Shown here piece after piece: positions 18,197 through 27,534 of a stretch of DNA of 56,129 bases. The DNA comes from a virus. Its lineage: Duplodnaviria > Caudoviricetes. The notes under the pieces were generated by a model. The model searched no databases. It had not been told where the DNA came from and was given only the letters and a program-made list of their open reading frames with translations. Numbering within the stretch: the first letter of the stretch is position 1; the number at the start of each line of letters is the position of its first letter. A program made the translations under genes and the position numbers. The DNA lies in IMG/VR virus record IMGVR_UViG_3300047439_000002, positions 1-56,129 of that record; one strand, given 5' to 3'.

Positions 18197-18669
18197 CTAG
18201 ACCAACTGTCGATCTAGTACTGATGGCTGCCGCTGAACTGTGGGAGGAGCGATCCACCTGCGATCGGAACCACGTAGGTGCCGTGATTGCCATGCAGGGG
18301 CGGCAGATCGGCTCTGGCTACAACGGTGCCCCGGCAGGAATGCCGCACTGCAACCACCCAGTACCAACTCGAACCGATGGAAGTGTCATCGTCCACCGAG
18401 TATCCCCCGTGATCCCCTTGCCAGAAACTCCCCTCGATCGCGGCTGCAAAGAAGCCATCCACGCGGAAGCCAATGCCCTCGCCTACGCAGCCCGCAACGG
18501 CACTGCGGTGGCCGGTGGCACCCTCTACACCACCCTCTCACCGTGCTATCCGTGTGCGCAGCTGATCATCGCAGCCGGGCTCATCCGAGTCGTGTACGGT
18601 CGCTCGTACCGTGATCCGGCGGGTATCGATCTTCTCCGGCGTGCCGGAGTCCAAGTCGACAAGGTCTGA
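18193..18669 (+). CDS. dCMP deaminase (ComEB-like)
   Basis: RSTC.R..VGA, GYNG, HAEANA, PCYPC. Confidence 0.93.
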   Translation: MTRPTVDLVLMAAAELWEERSTCDRNHVGAVIAMQGRQIGSGYNGAPAGMPHCNHPVPTRTDGSVIVHRVSPVIPLPETPLDRGCKEAIHAEANALAYAARNGTAVAGGTLYTTLSPCYPCAQLIIAAGLIRVVYGRSYRDPAGIDLLRRAGVQVDKV

Positions 18670-18672
18670 TGT

Positions 18673-21282
18673 ATGAAGCGAGCGCCAGCGCTCGAGCTTG
18701 CTGTTAGGAATGCAGCCTGTACCGCGTGCAAGCTGCATTCCGACACAGAGCCCGAGGACGTTTGCATTACCGGGCAGGGACCATCCACTGCCCGGGTTGC
18801 TGTCGTTACCAAGTTCCCTCTCGCAACCGGCAGCCGGACGCATAAGGAGTTGGTGCAATACCTGGACGAGGCAGGCATTGACCACACCTCCGTCATGTGG
18901 CTCTCGGCGTTGAAGTGCCGGACCTACAACCTCGATCCCACCAAGACGGATCAGAAGGCGTGCTCGCTGTTCCTGCGTGCGGAGTTCGCACACATGAACT
19001 TCGATTACGTCCTGACCCTCGGCGCAGAGGCATGGTTCGCCGCATCCGGCTGGGCGGATATCACGAAGAACCGGGGGAAGCTATTCAACATCCAGGAAGG
19101 TGACGGAATCATCTTCCCCACGATCAGCCCCAGTGCCGTCAGCCGGAATCCCGGCATGAGGGGTGGTCTAGTCGCGGACCTGCAATACTTCGGCCGGTTG
19201 GTGCGGGGAGAGGGGGAGCAACCCGAACACCACACCAACGCGGGTCACGTCACCGTGGTACGTACGCGCGACGACCTGAGAGCCATGCTAAGCGCCGTAC
19301 GCGACGCTTGGGCGGTGTCATACGACATCGAAACGCCAATCGCTGCTGAGAGCGATCCAGGAGCATCTATCATCTCGATCAGCGTCACGGTCACCGGTGG
19401 ACCGGACATGAGCGACGCACACACCTGGAACGTCCCGCTAGACCACCCCGGATCTTGGTTTCGTACTTCGTGGGTAAGGGTCATAGTAGCCATCGTCAAG
19501 GCGATGCTCCGGTGCCCTCGGCGTGTGGCCCACAATGCCAAGTTCGACACCAAGTGGTTGCAGCACTTCACCAAGCTCGACCAGTTCACCCCCACCTTCG
19601 ACACGATCGTAGCGGCGGCCCTTCTCGACGAGAACCGGCCGAAGGGGTTGAAGCCCTTGGCGTCCGTGCTTCTCGGGGCTGATGCCTGGGGGATCGACAC
19701 CAAGGACTTGATGTCCGACCCCATCGAGGAAGTGCTTGAATACAATGGACTAGACACCTGGCACACGCTCCGGTTGTACTTCGTCTTCCGAGAACAACTG
19801 GCGGATCAGCCACGACTGGCTAACCTGTTCCGTCAGTTGATGATGCCGCTGGTTCGTGAGTTGTGCTACGTCGAGCGCCGGGGGGTGTACGCAGACCAGG
19901 ATCAGCTGATGACGAACTGGAACATCGTCAAGGCGAAGCTGAACGATCTGCACGACGAGCTCGATCAATACGTGCCGGAGGATCACCCCTTCATCGTCCG
20001 CAACAAGCGTACAGGCGATATCCGGTCTACCGGCGTAAATTGGAATGCATCCAACTTTGCACGGTGGCTTCTGTTCGATCACCTCGCCCTTCCGGTGGTC
20101 AAGCGCGGTAAGACCAAGGACGACGGGTCGCCGGGAATGCCCTCGATGGACGAGAGCACGCTTGCGTACCTCGCGGACATGACGGAGATTCAGCCGGGGG
20201 CAACCGTAGCCAAGCTGATCGGGGACCGGGTAACCTGGAACAAGTACGACACTGCCTTCTTCGCCCCGTGGTCCACCATCATCGATGAGAACAGCCGGAT
20301 GCACTCGGTCTTCAAGCCCTGGGGCACCGTGACCGGCCGGATGTCATCGGGTAAGGAAGACTCAGAGAAGGTCACATCCCGTAAGCAATTCAAGGGCGTG
20401 AACCTTCAACAGGTGCCTCGGGGTGACCTGACACGCGGGATCTTCGGAGCTCCACCTGGATCGTTCTTTGTGGAGTTCGACTACTCCCAGATCGAGCTAC
20501 GGGTCGCGGCCTTCATCGCTAACGAGCACGTGATGAAGTTCTTGTACTCGACTAATCAGGATGTCCACATGGCTATGGCTATGCGGATGACCGGTAAGCC
20601 TGCCGACCAGGTCACCAAGGAAGAGCGCAAGAAGGCCAAGGCCGTTAACTTCGGCTTCCTGTACGGAATGGGATGGCGCAAGTTCATCCAGACCGCTTGG
20701 GAGAACTACGGGGTGCGGGTTACCGAGCACGAGGCTGTGGCATTCCGGAAGGCATTCTTCGACCAGTTCCCCGGGCTGGTGCCATGGCACGCCAAGCAGC
20801 GACGGCTGGCCCACACCTACGGCCGTGTCGAGACACCGATGGGAAGGGTTCGCCATCTACCCGACATCTATTCACCCGACCGGGGTGTCATGGCTGAGGC
20901 CGAGCGCCAGGCCATCAACTCGCCGGTGCAGGGGTTCGCTTCGGACATGTGCGCTCTGTCATTGGTCATCCTGGCGCGTAAGTTCCGGTCGCAGGGTGTC
21001 CGGGCGTATCCGATTGGCTCGGTTCACGACGCCGTGAACTGGGAGATCCACGGGGATGACTTGGAGATCGCCCTCCCGCAGATCAAGTACACAATGGAGA
21101 ACTTGCCCCTGGAAGAGAAGTTCGGCGTAGTGATGGATGTTCCTATCGTGGCTGACTGCAAGGTGGGTACACGATGGGGTGCAGCCAAGGAAGTACCGCC
21201 CGAGTTGTTGGGCTTGCGCGCAGCCGATAACGTACGCCTTGCGGAATGGCTCCGCGATGAAGTAAGGATGGTAGCGGCGTGA
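18673..21282 (+). CDS. Family A DNA polymerase with N-terminal UDG-like and 3'-5' exonuclease domains
   Basis: YDIET, HNAKFD, YNGLD exonuclease motifs; DYSQIELR, KAVNFGFLYG, VHD; N-terminal CTACKL..LKCR..AC..LGAEA. Confidence 0.95.
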   Translation: MKRAPALELAVRNAACTACKLHSDTEPEDVCITGQGPSTARVAVVTKFPLATGSRTHKELVQYLDEAGIDHTSVMWLSALKCRTYNLDPTKTDQKACSLFLRAEFAHMNFDYVLTLGAEAWFAASGWADITKNRGKLFNIQEGDGIIFPTISPSAVSRNPGMRGGLVADLQYFGRLVRGEGEQPEHHTNAGHVTVVRTRDDLRAMLSAVRDAWAVSYDIETPIAAESDPGASIISISVTVTGGPDMSDAHTWNVPLDHPGSWFRTSWVRVIVAIVKAMLRCPRRVAHNAKFDTKWLQHFTKLDQFTPTFDTIVAAALLDENRPKGLKPLASVLLGADAWGIDTKDLMSDPIEEVLEYNGLDTWHTLRLYFVFREQLADQPRLANLFRQLMMPLVRELCYVERRGVYADQDQLMTNWNIVKAKLNDLHDELDQYVPEDHPFIVRNKRTGDIRSTGVNWNASNFARWLLFDHLALPVVKRGKTKDDGSPGMPSMDESTLAYLADMTEIQPGATVAKLIGDRVTWNKYDTAFFAPWSTIIDENSRMHSVFKPWGTVTGRMSSGKEDSEKVTSRKQFKGVNLQQVPRGDLTRGIFGAPPGSFFVEFDYSQIELRVAAFIANEHVMKFLYSTNQDVHMAMAMRMTGKPADQVTKEERKKAKAVNFGFLYGMGWRKFIQTAWENYGVRVTEHEAVAFRKAFFDQFPGLVPWHAKQRRLAHTYGRVETPMGRVRHLPDIYSPDRGVMAEAERQAINSPVQGFASDMCALSLVILARKFRSQGVRAYPIGSVHDAVNWEIHGDDLEIALPQIKYTMENLPLEEKFGVVMDVPIVADCKVGTRWGAAKEVPPELLGLRAADNVRLAEWLRDEVRMVAA

Positions 21283-22394
21283 CCACCGTGAAGATTGGCC
21301 CGCTGGGGATGCCTGCGCTATACGAGGACGGAGGTAAACGGATCACGACTCACAGCATGATCAAGGCTTACCTCCGGTGCCCCAAGCAAGCGCAGTACAA
21401 GTACGCGGAGCGATTGAAGAAGCGCATCCTTACCCAGCGGGACCAGCCTTTGCGACGTGGTACCTGGGTGCACGAACTGCTCGAAGTCCATTACCAGGGC
21501 GGCGACTGGAAGAATCGTCACGCCGAGCTGACCAAGAAGTTCAATCAGCTCTTCGATGAAGAGAAGGACGCGCTGGGCGATCTGCCGACCGAGTGCGCGA
21601 GGCTAATGCGTTCCTACCTGTGGCACTACGGAGCGGACGCCTCAGACCCGATGCACGGCTGGAAGATCCTAGGTACGGAGGTGACGTTCGAGGCGGTGTG
21701 GCCCGATAGCGAAGACGGACTAGACATCTATCGCTGCCGCCTCGACTTGCTGGTAGAGGACCAGTACGGCTTGCTGATCGTGGATCACAAGACGCACAAG
21801 TCGTTGCCGGATGGTACCTTCCGCATCCTGGATGCAGCGTCCCCGCTCTACATCTGGGCAGCCCGTGAGAATGGCTATGATGTCCGGGGATTCCAGTGGA
21901 ACTACCTGCGCACCAAGCCACCCACCAGCCCCAAGATGGTGTACGTAGGCACGTCCAGGGAGCGGTTGTCCACTGCGGCTATCGACACGGACTGGCCCAC
22001 CTACGCGCGTGCCATCAAGGCTAACGGGATTGACCACACCGCCGAGCCGTATCGATCCAAGCTGCGATCTCTGAAGTCCCAGCGGTGGCAGCCCGGCGCA
22101 GTGCAGACCTCGCCATTCTTCCGACGGGACACGTTGGAGAAAGACGACGACATGATCGCTCGCGTCGTTGGTACAGCAATGAAGACACGAGACCGGATGC
22201 ACGCGGACTTCGCGGATTACGAGGTAGTGGAACGTGCATCTGACCGATCCTGTTCGTGGTGTGACTTCCGGGCTCTGTGTGAAACTGAGCTGGTCGGAGG
22301 GCACGCTGACATCATCCGGCGCAAGTCATTCCGTGCCGGTGACCCGCTGGACTACTACCAGGACACCAAGGACTCAACGGGAGAGACAGCATGA
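21279..22394 (+). CDS. PD-(D/E)XK Cas4/RecB-like exonuclease
   Basis: THSMI..YLRCP, GT.VHELLE, LDLL..IVDHKT, CSWC....LC. Confidence 0.88.
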   Translation: MTTVKIGPLGMPALYEDGGKRITTHSMIKAYLRCPKQAQYKYAERLKKRILTQRDQPLRRGTWVHELLEVHYQGGDWKNRHAELTKKFNQLFDEEKDALGDLPTECARLMRSYLWHYGADASDPMHGWKILGTEVTFEAVWPDSEDGLDIYRCRLDLLVEDQYGLLIVDHKTHKSLPDGTFRILDAASPLYIWAARENGYDVRGFQWNYLRTKPPTSPKMVYVGTSRERLSTAAIDTDWPTYARAIKANGIDHTAEPYRSKLRSLKSQRWQPGAVQTSPFFRRDTLEKDDDMIARVVGTAMKTRDRMHADFADYEVVERASDRSCSWCDFRALCETELVGGHADIIRRKSFRAGDPLDYYQDTKDSTGETA

Positions 22395-22480
22395 CGTGGA
22401 CGCTATGGGGTCAGATCTGCATCCTGATGTTGCTGGGTACGCTGTGCGCAATCGCTTTCAAGAGCACGCCTCGCGGGTAG
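22391..22480 (+). CDS. 29-aa single-TM peptide
   Basis: MTWTLWGQICILMLLGTLCAIAFKSTPRG; GGAG RBS; ATGA overlap. Confidence 0.55.
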   Translation: MTWTLWGQICILMLLGTLCAIAFKSTPRG

Positions 22481-22536
22481 ATGGTTTGACCTCCCGGTCT
22501 CCCCTGGCATGATTAACCGGCGCAACGATTGGAGGA

Positions 22537-22731
22537 ATGATGGAAAAGGTCGAAGCCAACAACGTGATCTCGTACCAAGGACTGACGGAAAGCCAGGTCG
22601 AGGCGGGTCACGCGGAGGCGGCAGATCGGTCCATGGGTCACGGCTTCGGGGACAACCACCTGGATCTGTTCCCGGAGAATCGGACCGAGGAGAACGTCGC
22701 TGCGGTGGAGGCGGCGCTCAATGGCGGGTAA
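22537..22731 (+). CDS. Hypothetical acidic protein
   Basis: GGAGG RBS. Confidence 0.6.
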   Translation: MMEKVEANNVISYQGLTESQVEAGHAEAADRSMGHGFGDNHLDLFPENRTEENVAAVEAALNGG

Positions 22732-23563
22732 GGATTACGCCGCTATCGCTCGGGCTAAGATCGCTCGTCCGGGCACCGGTCGTAAGCCTCGGTTCCTGAT
22801 CTACGGACGGAACAAGAAGGGGAAGACTCGATTCTGCGCCACCGCTCCCGGCGTGCTGATCGCAGATCCCGAGGATGGCACCACCGCTGAGACTAAGCTC
22901 GACCCTGATGTCTGGCCGGTCACCAAGTGGGACGACCTGGACGAGATCTACAACGCAGTCAAGAGCGGCATCAAGTCGCCCAAGACTAACCAGCCCTATG
23001 AGTGGATCGCCCTGGACGGCATGACTCGCATGCTGTCAATGGCTATCGACTTCGTGTCCCGCCAGCAAGCCGAGAAAGACATCACTCGACAGCCGACTCA
23101 GACTGACCAGCGCACTTACGGTCAGGCTAACCGCATGATCGAGTCGATGTTGCACAACTTCCATTCGCTGCGTAATGTCGGCCTCATATTCACCGCCCAG
23201 GAACGGGTAGTGGAAATCGAGAACATGGAGGACCTCGGCGACGACGAGGACGCGTCGCCTGCATCATTCATGTACGTACCTGACCTGACCAAGGGCGCTC
23301 GCGCACCCCTGAACCAGGTAGTCGATGTCATCGGCCGGATCTACGTGGTCCGAGGTGAGTTCACGACCACACGCCGAGTCAAAGTGGGCGGTGTGGTCCA
23401 GAACAAGGAAGTGGAGACCAAGGTGCAGCGCCGCCTGTTCATCGGTCCCCACGAGATGTATGACACCGGGGTACGTACGGGGTTCAACCTCCCGGACTTC
23501 CTGAAAGAACCGACAGTCGCGTCGCTCACGAGGGCGATGCGCGAGGGAAAGGTAACGACCTAA
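22721..23563 (+). CDS. AAA_24 / Sak4-like recombination ATPase
   Basis: LIYGRNKKGKT, DPEDG, IALDG, FTAQE; lies between the exonuclease and SSB genes. Confidence 0.85.
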   Translation: MAGKDYAAIARAKIARPGTGRKPRFLIYGRNKKGKTRFCATAPGVLIADPEDGTTAETKLDPDVWPVTKWDDLDEIYNAVKSGIKSPKTNQPYEWIALDGMTRMLSMAIDFVSRQQAEKDITRQPTQTDQRTYGQANRMIESMLHNFHSLRNVGLIFTAQERVVEIENMEDLGDDEDASPASFMYVPDLTKGARAPLNQVVDVIGRIYVVRGEFTTTRRVKVGGVVQNKEVETKVQRRLFIGPHEMYDTGVRTGFNLPDFLKEPTVASLTRAMREGKVTT

Positions 23564-23564
23564 A

Positions 23565-24335
23565 TTGGCAGCCACCGTACGCGCAGTGGACCTCTCCAAC
23601 GTCAAGGACGGGGGCAACTTCCGCCCTCGCCGCAAGCCGGAGGGTGACTACCGGGCCAAGATCGTCAAGGCGGACGATCACCTCAAAGAGGGCAAGGAGC
23701 CGGGCTGGGTTCTGACCGTCCAAGTCGAGGGGGACGGGCGCTCCACCTACCCGTACTACCTCTCGTCCGAGGAGAAGCAGTTGTGGAAGGTGCGCGGCAT
23801 CTGCCTCGCCGCCGGTATCCCGGTGGGTAGCAAGCGCATCCGCTTCGACCCCAACAAGCTGGTCAACAAGTCCATCGGCATCGCTCTCGAAGACGATGAG
23901 TACAACGGCCGTGAGAAGTCGGCAATCGCTGACGTATTCACGGTGGCCGAAGTCGGAGCCAATGCCGACGAGGACGTGCCGGACGGCGACGAGCCCGAGG
24001 ACGACGAGATCGAGCTGGACGAGGACCCGGAGGAAGAGCCCGCTCCCGCCCCGAAGCGCCGCCGCAAGGTGGAGCCGGAGCCCGAGCCGGAGGAAGACGA
24101 AGAGGAAGAAGAGGAAGAGCCCGAGCCGACTCCTCCGCCCCGTCGTCGTCGCAAGCCCGCTCCTGCCCCGGAGCCCGAGGAGGACGAGGAAGAGGACGAG
24201 GAGCCGCCCGCTCCCCCAGTGCGTCGTCGTCGTGCGGCGGCTCCGCCCGCCAAGACGGCTCGTCGGGCTGCCCCGGCTCCGGCCGAGGATGACGACGAGG
24301 ACGACCTGGACGATCTGGACACAGACGACCTGTAA
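23565..24335 (+). CDS. Single-stranded DNA-binding protein (DUF669-like) with long acidic/Arg-Pro tail
   Basis: PEGDYRAKIV...LWKVR..DEYNGR; Sak4-SSB gene order. Confidence 0.75.
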   Translation: MAATVRAVDLSNVKDGGNFRPRRKPEGDYRAKIVKADDHLKEGKEPGWVLTVQVEGDGRSTYPYYLSSEEKQLWKVRGICLAAGIPVGSKRIRFDPNKLVNKSIGIALEDDEYNGREKSAIADVFTVAEVGANADEDVPDGDEPEDDEIELDEDPEEEPAPAPKRRRKVEPEPEPEEDEEEEEEEPEPTPPPRRRRKPAPAPEPEEDEEEDEEPPAPPVRRRRAAAPPAKTARRAAPAPAEDDDEDDLDDLDTDDL

Positions 24336-24417
24336 TCCACGCAGTTGACCTAGCCGGGTCAATCGGGGAACATGGTTGTTGAGGCATTGGTGGCCGGAAT
24401 CCTCCGATGTGCTACGC

Positions 24418-24469
24418 AAGGGGCACGATTGAACGACCTTCCCTCGGGGGTCCTTGATCGTGCCCCTTC
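24418..24469 (+). terminator. Long hairpin after the SSB gene
   Basis: AAGGGGCACGAT...ATCGTGCCCCTT. Confidence 0.45.
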
Positions 24470-24491
24470 CTCGTATAAACGGGAGAAGACA

Positions 24492-24746
24492 ATGTTCCAG
24501 GCAAGATACGACAGTAAATGCCCTGCGTGTGATGAGGACATCTTCAGAGGCAGCGACGTCTCAATGGTGGACTCCGATAGGGGCAGGGTCACCATTCACA
24601 CCTCATGCGAACAGGATGCCGTGCTCGTGAATGCCCGGGAGCGGACGGACCACACCACCGTCATGCCGCGCGGCAAGAAGGCCGCAGATCGCTGCCCGGT
24701 GTGCTTCCAAGTACCGGCGTCCAATGACACCTGCGGGTGCTTCTGA
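24492..24746 (+). CDS. Small Zn-binding protein
   Basis: ARYDSKCPAC..I..G..H..C and CPVC...CGC. Confidence 0.7.
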   Translation: MFQARYDSKCPACDEDIFRGSDVSMVDSDRGRVTIHTSCEQDAVLVNARERTDHTTVMPRGKKAADRCPVCFQVPASNDTCGCF

Positions 24747-24866
24747 TGACCTGCCGATGTGGGCGGCCTACTGATAAGCGCGGTAAAACGTGCTGCGCCA
24801 TGTGTCACATCGGGTACGGCACCCACAGCCGCCTGTGCCGACGACGGACTACCGGAGGTACCTAGG

Positions 24867-25235
24867 ATGGGAGCTCAACCCGAATCCAAGCTGAGCCGCG
24901 CCATCATGGCGGCCCTCCGCAATCGCGGGGTCTGGTGCTTCAAGGTGCACGGTGGTCCGTTCACCCAGGCCGGTACCCCGGATATCATCGCCTGCGTGCC
25001 GGTGATGGTTGGCGAAGAAGGGTACGAGACAGAACAGGTCGTCGGCATCTTCGTGGGATTCGAGACTAAGACACCTTCTGGCGGCGATCCATCCCCGGTC
25101 CAAGGTAGGCAGCACGACCTGATCCGCGCGGCGTGTGGTCACGTGTTCGTGCCTCGAACCGTTCAGGACGCCGTAGACGCCATCGAATCGTTGGGATACA
25201 CACCGGCACCCGAATACCGGGTTGAACCCGGCTGA
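24867..25235 (+). CDS. VRR-NUC nuclease / Holliday junction resolvase
   Basis: ESKL, KVHGG, GTPDI, FETK, SPVQ. Confidence 0.88.
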   Translation: MGAQPESKLSRAIMAALRNRGVWCFKVHGGPFTQAGTPDIIACVPVMVGEEGYETEQVVGIFVGFETKTPSGGDPSPVQGRQHDLIRAACGHVFVPRTVQDAVDAIESLGYTPAPEYRVEPG

Positions 25236-25317
25236 GACGATCTGAGGGCCCTCCATGGCCCGGACATGACGATGCCCCGGACATCCCATCGGACGCCGGG
25301 GCATTGTCGTAGGTGGA

Positions 25318-25611
25318 TCAGGCGCACACCGTGACCGTGGTCGATCCACAGCAATAGGTGGTGCGGTCCGCGTTGAGGTGCGGGTTGACCATCCGGCACG
25401 CGCAGTAAACGAGGGTGTTCTTCGATCCCGTAGCGACGCGCCACGCCTTGTCGGCATCCTTGAACATTTGACCGTGACCGGCAGCAATGGCCGAGTTCTG
25501 AGACATGTCCGGGTTGGCCCGGAAGTAGGCCTGAACAACCATCTTCAGCCGGTCCGCCTCAACCATCGCGTCCGTGATCGTGAGGACCGTTCCCTTGGGG
25601 TGCTTCGCCAT
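25318..25611 (-). CDS. Early hypothetical protein
   Basis: Own promoter and RBS; YCAC..H..YCCG. Confidence 0.7.
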   Translation of the reverse strand: MAKHPKGTVLTITDAMVEADRLKMVVQAYFRANPDMSQNSAIAAGHGQMFKDADKAWRVATGSKNTLVYCACRMVNPHLNADRTTYCCGSTTVTVCA

Positions 25612-25647
25612 GATGTCCACCTTCGTCGTTGTCGTCGTTACCTGCGT

Positions 25648-25677
25648 AACCTAACACGACAGCCCGGCACCCCGCAA
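25648..25677 (-). promoter_or_regulatory. Early promoter
   Basis: TTGCGG-N18-TAGGTT, then AACGACGACAACGACGAAGG. Confidence 0.6.
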
Positions 25678-25704
25678 GGGACCGGGCCGATGTCGCGCCG
25701 CGAA

Positions 25705-26226
25705 TCACGCGGGCAGGTCGTTCCAGGGCCAGTCGTCGTCACCGGCGGCGAAGGCCATGGCTGCCTGCACGGAGTCACACCGGTGGGACACGGACGACGA
25801 CAGGTGCCGAATGAACACCCCAGAGTCCCCGTCAGCGTTCCAAACCAGCGACACCTGGCCCACGGTACCCCCGATCAGGATGCGGCTCTCAGCGTCGTTC
25901 AGGGCGTATCCCCGGACCACCCCGTAGCCACGGTCCCAGGCGGTGGTGATCGCGTACATCATCGAGGCCGGGAAGTTGACGGGCACATCTCCGGGGGTTT
26001 TCACCATGTCACCGGCGGCAGTTTTCATTGCCCGGATGGTGGGGGCCAGACCCAGGTTTGCCGCCTGCGCCGCGAGGCGATCGGCCGTTGCCTTGGACCG
26101 CTTGGAAGGGACCACGGTCCATTTAGCCGGGGTGGGCGCAGGTGTGGCCGATGCCAATTGCTTACGGCACGCGGCACGGGCAGCCGGGGTGTTTGCGTGA
26201 TCGTGGTCAGCGTGTGAGATAGCCAT
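25705..26226 (-). CDS. Early protein with N-terminal His/Cys tag (copy 1)
   Basis: MAISHADHDHANTPAARAACRK; GGAGGTG RBS. Confidence 0.8.
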   Translation of the reverse strand: MAISHADHDHANTPAARAACRKQLASATPAPTPAKWTVVPSKRSKATADRLAAQAANLGLAPTIRAMKTAAGDMVKTPGDVPVNFPASMMYAITTAWDRGYGVVRGYALNDAESRILIGGTVGQVSLVWNADGDSGVFIRHLSSSVSHRCDSVQAAMAFAAGDDDWPWNDLPA

Positions 26227-26360
26227 CAGAACACCTCCGGAACAAGGACAAGCACAACAAACAGGACAAGGTTAATGATCGCAGCAGCGAGGATGATCAG
26301 GGCCACCGGGTTAGCCGCGCGCACCCGATCGATCAGGTTGCGCCATCCGTCGTTAGTCAT
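26226..26360 (-). CDS. 44-aa membrane peptide
   Basis: MTNDGWRNLIDRVRAANPVALIILAAAIINLVLFVVLVLVPEVF; overlaps both neighbours. Confidence 0.6.
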   Translation of the reverse strand: MTNDGWRNLIDRVRAANPVALIILAAAIINLVLFVVLVLVPEVF

Positions 26361-26623
26361 CGGGCCACGCGCCACACCGAGGCACCCAGGGTGTACGTCG
26401 CGCGGTCAGCACCGGTGCCGAACTCCACGATCCCGGTACGGGGCGAGGTAACCGACGGGACCGAGAAGATCCGGTTATCCGCCAGGCGCGCGAGCTGACG
26501 AGCGGTCGGAGCGATCGTCACGTCCTTGCCGGTGGGGGTGAAGCTCACCAGCGTGTCGCCCACGATGATGTCAGCAGCCGTGACGAGTTCCAGGTCCGAG
26601 GGGGTGTAGCGCGTCGTTGTCAT
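26357..26623 (-). CDS. Early hypothetical protein, leaderless
   Basis: ATG 6 nt after the -10 box. Confidence 0.75.
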   Translation of the reverse strand: MTTTRYTPSDLELVTAADIIVGDTLVSFTPTGKDVTIAPTARQLARLADNRIFSVPSVTSPRTGIVEFGTGADRATYTLGASVWRVAR

Positions 26624-26629
26624 GTACCT

Positions 26630-26658
26630 AACCTACCATCCGTCCGAAGGGATCACAA
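26630..26658 (-). promoter_or_regulatory. Early leaderless promoter
   Basis: TTGTGA-N17-TAGGTT-N6-ATG. Confidence 0.7.
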
Positions 26659-26668
26659 CACCGGGGGT

Positions 26669-26956
26669 TCAGACGTTGCGGGGGTCACGCTCGATGGTCG
26701 CGGTGGCGAAGAAATCCGCCTGCATGAACCCCTGCGAGGTCCATCCGGTCGCCAGGGTCCAGAACGAGAACCGCGCCTCAACCGGCGAACCGAAACCGGT
26801 CGAGATGTATTCGATCGAGTACGCCACGCCATCAACCCGGAGAACGTCGAATCGCGCCAGTCCCCGCAGCTTAGCGTCCCCCGCGCGGCACAGCTTCCGG
26901 GCGGCAGCGGTGGAGGCGTGATCGCAGATCGTGTGGTTGAGGCGCGTCGTTGTCAT
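26669..26956 (-). CDS. Early protein with His/Cys tag (copy 2), leaderless
   Basis: LNHTICDHASTAAARKLCR. Confidence 0.78.
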   Translation of the reverse strand: MTTTRLNHTICDHASTAAARKLCRAGDAKLRGLARFDVLRVDGVAYSIEYISTGFGSPVEARFSFWTLATGWTSQGFMQADFFATATIERDPRNV

Positions 26957-26962
26957 GAGATG

Positions 26963-26991
26963 AATCTACGATGGGCGGTAGATCGTGTCAA
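26963..26991 (-). promoter_or_regulatory. Early leaderless promoter
   Basis: TTGACA-N17-TAGATT-N6-ATG. Confidence 0.8.
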
Positions 26992-27034
26992 TAGGCGGGA
27001 GCGTGCCAATCTCTCCCAATCTCCCCGAGACGGC

Positions 27035-27082
27035 GTACCTAGGTACGGTCAGGGCTACCCCAAAGCCGTAGGCTCCCGCTGA
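27035..27082. repeat. Tripartite intergenic repeat, copy A
   Basis: GTACCTAGG-N11-CTACCCC-N11-CTCCCGCTGA. Confidence 0.8.
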
Positions 27083-27103
27083 ACGGGAGCCCCGGAGGAT
27101 AAA

Positions 27104-27532
27104 TCAGGCGGCCCGGTAGACCGTCCAGAAACGGTCGCGAGCGATCCGCTCCTCGTAGTCACCGTGCCGGACCACGACAGCCGCGCCGAAACGCTCCGTC
27201 GAGAATCCCGTGACAACCCCCAAGAACGGGTAGTCGTCGTCGCACGCGTCACGGTCCGGGTTGTCCGAGCGAACAACCGAGAGTCCGACGTAGATGTCCA
27301 TGAGATCCTCCGAGGGGAGAGAAGGGGTGGTGAAGGGCCGTGAGATAAATCTACGCTCCCCGGTAGCCCGTGTCAATAGATCCGGGCGTGCCAACTTCAT
27401 ACCCCCATTGGTCATGCTCATGATCTCGATGCAGTCCAGGCACGTCACATCACGTGCGCGCACCGTGAGATGGTTGATGATCCGGGTATTGCACAACGCT
27501 ACGGTACCCGCGCGCCGGTGCATGGTCCGCAT
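27104..27532 (-). CDS. Early hypothetical protein
   Basis: MH..G..ALC...VTCLDC Zn motif; GGAGG RBS. Confidence 0.7.
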   Translation of the reverse strand: MRTMHRRAGTVALCNTRIINHLTVRARDVTCLDCIEIMSMTNGGMKLARPDLLTRATGERRFISRPFTTPSLPSEDLMDIYVGLSVVRSDNPDRDACDDDYPFLGVVTGFSTERFGAAVVVRHGDYEERIARDRFWTVYRAA

Positions 27533-27534
27533 GA

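Noticed and set aside
21279-22394. CRISPR-Cas system from the Cas4-like gene
   Set aside because: No array or other cas genes; standard exonuclease-Sak4-SSB recombination module.
24858-24866. Extra GTACCTAGG copy (also partial at about 30294)
   Set aside because: Lacks the second and third boxes of the tripartite repeat.
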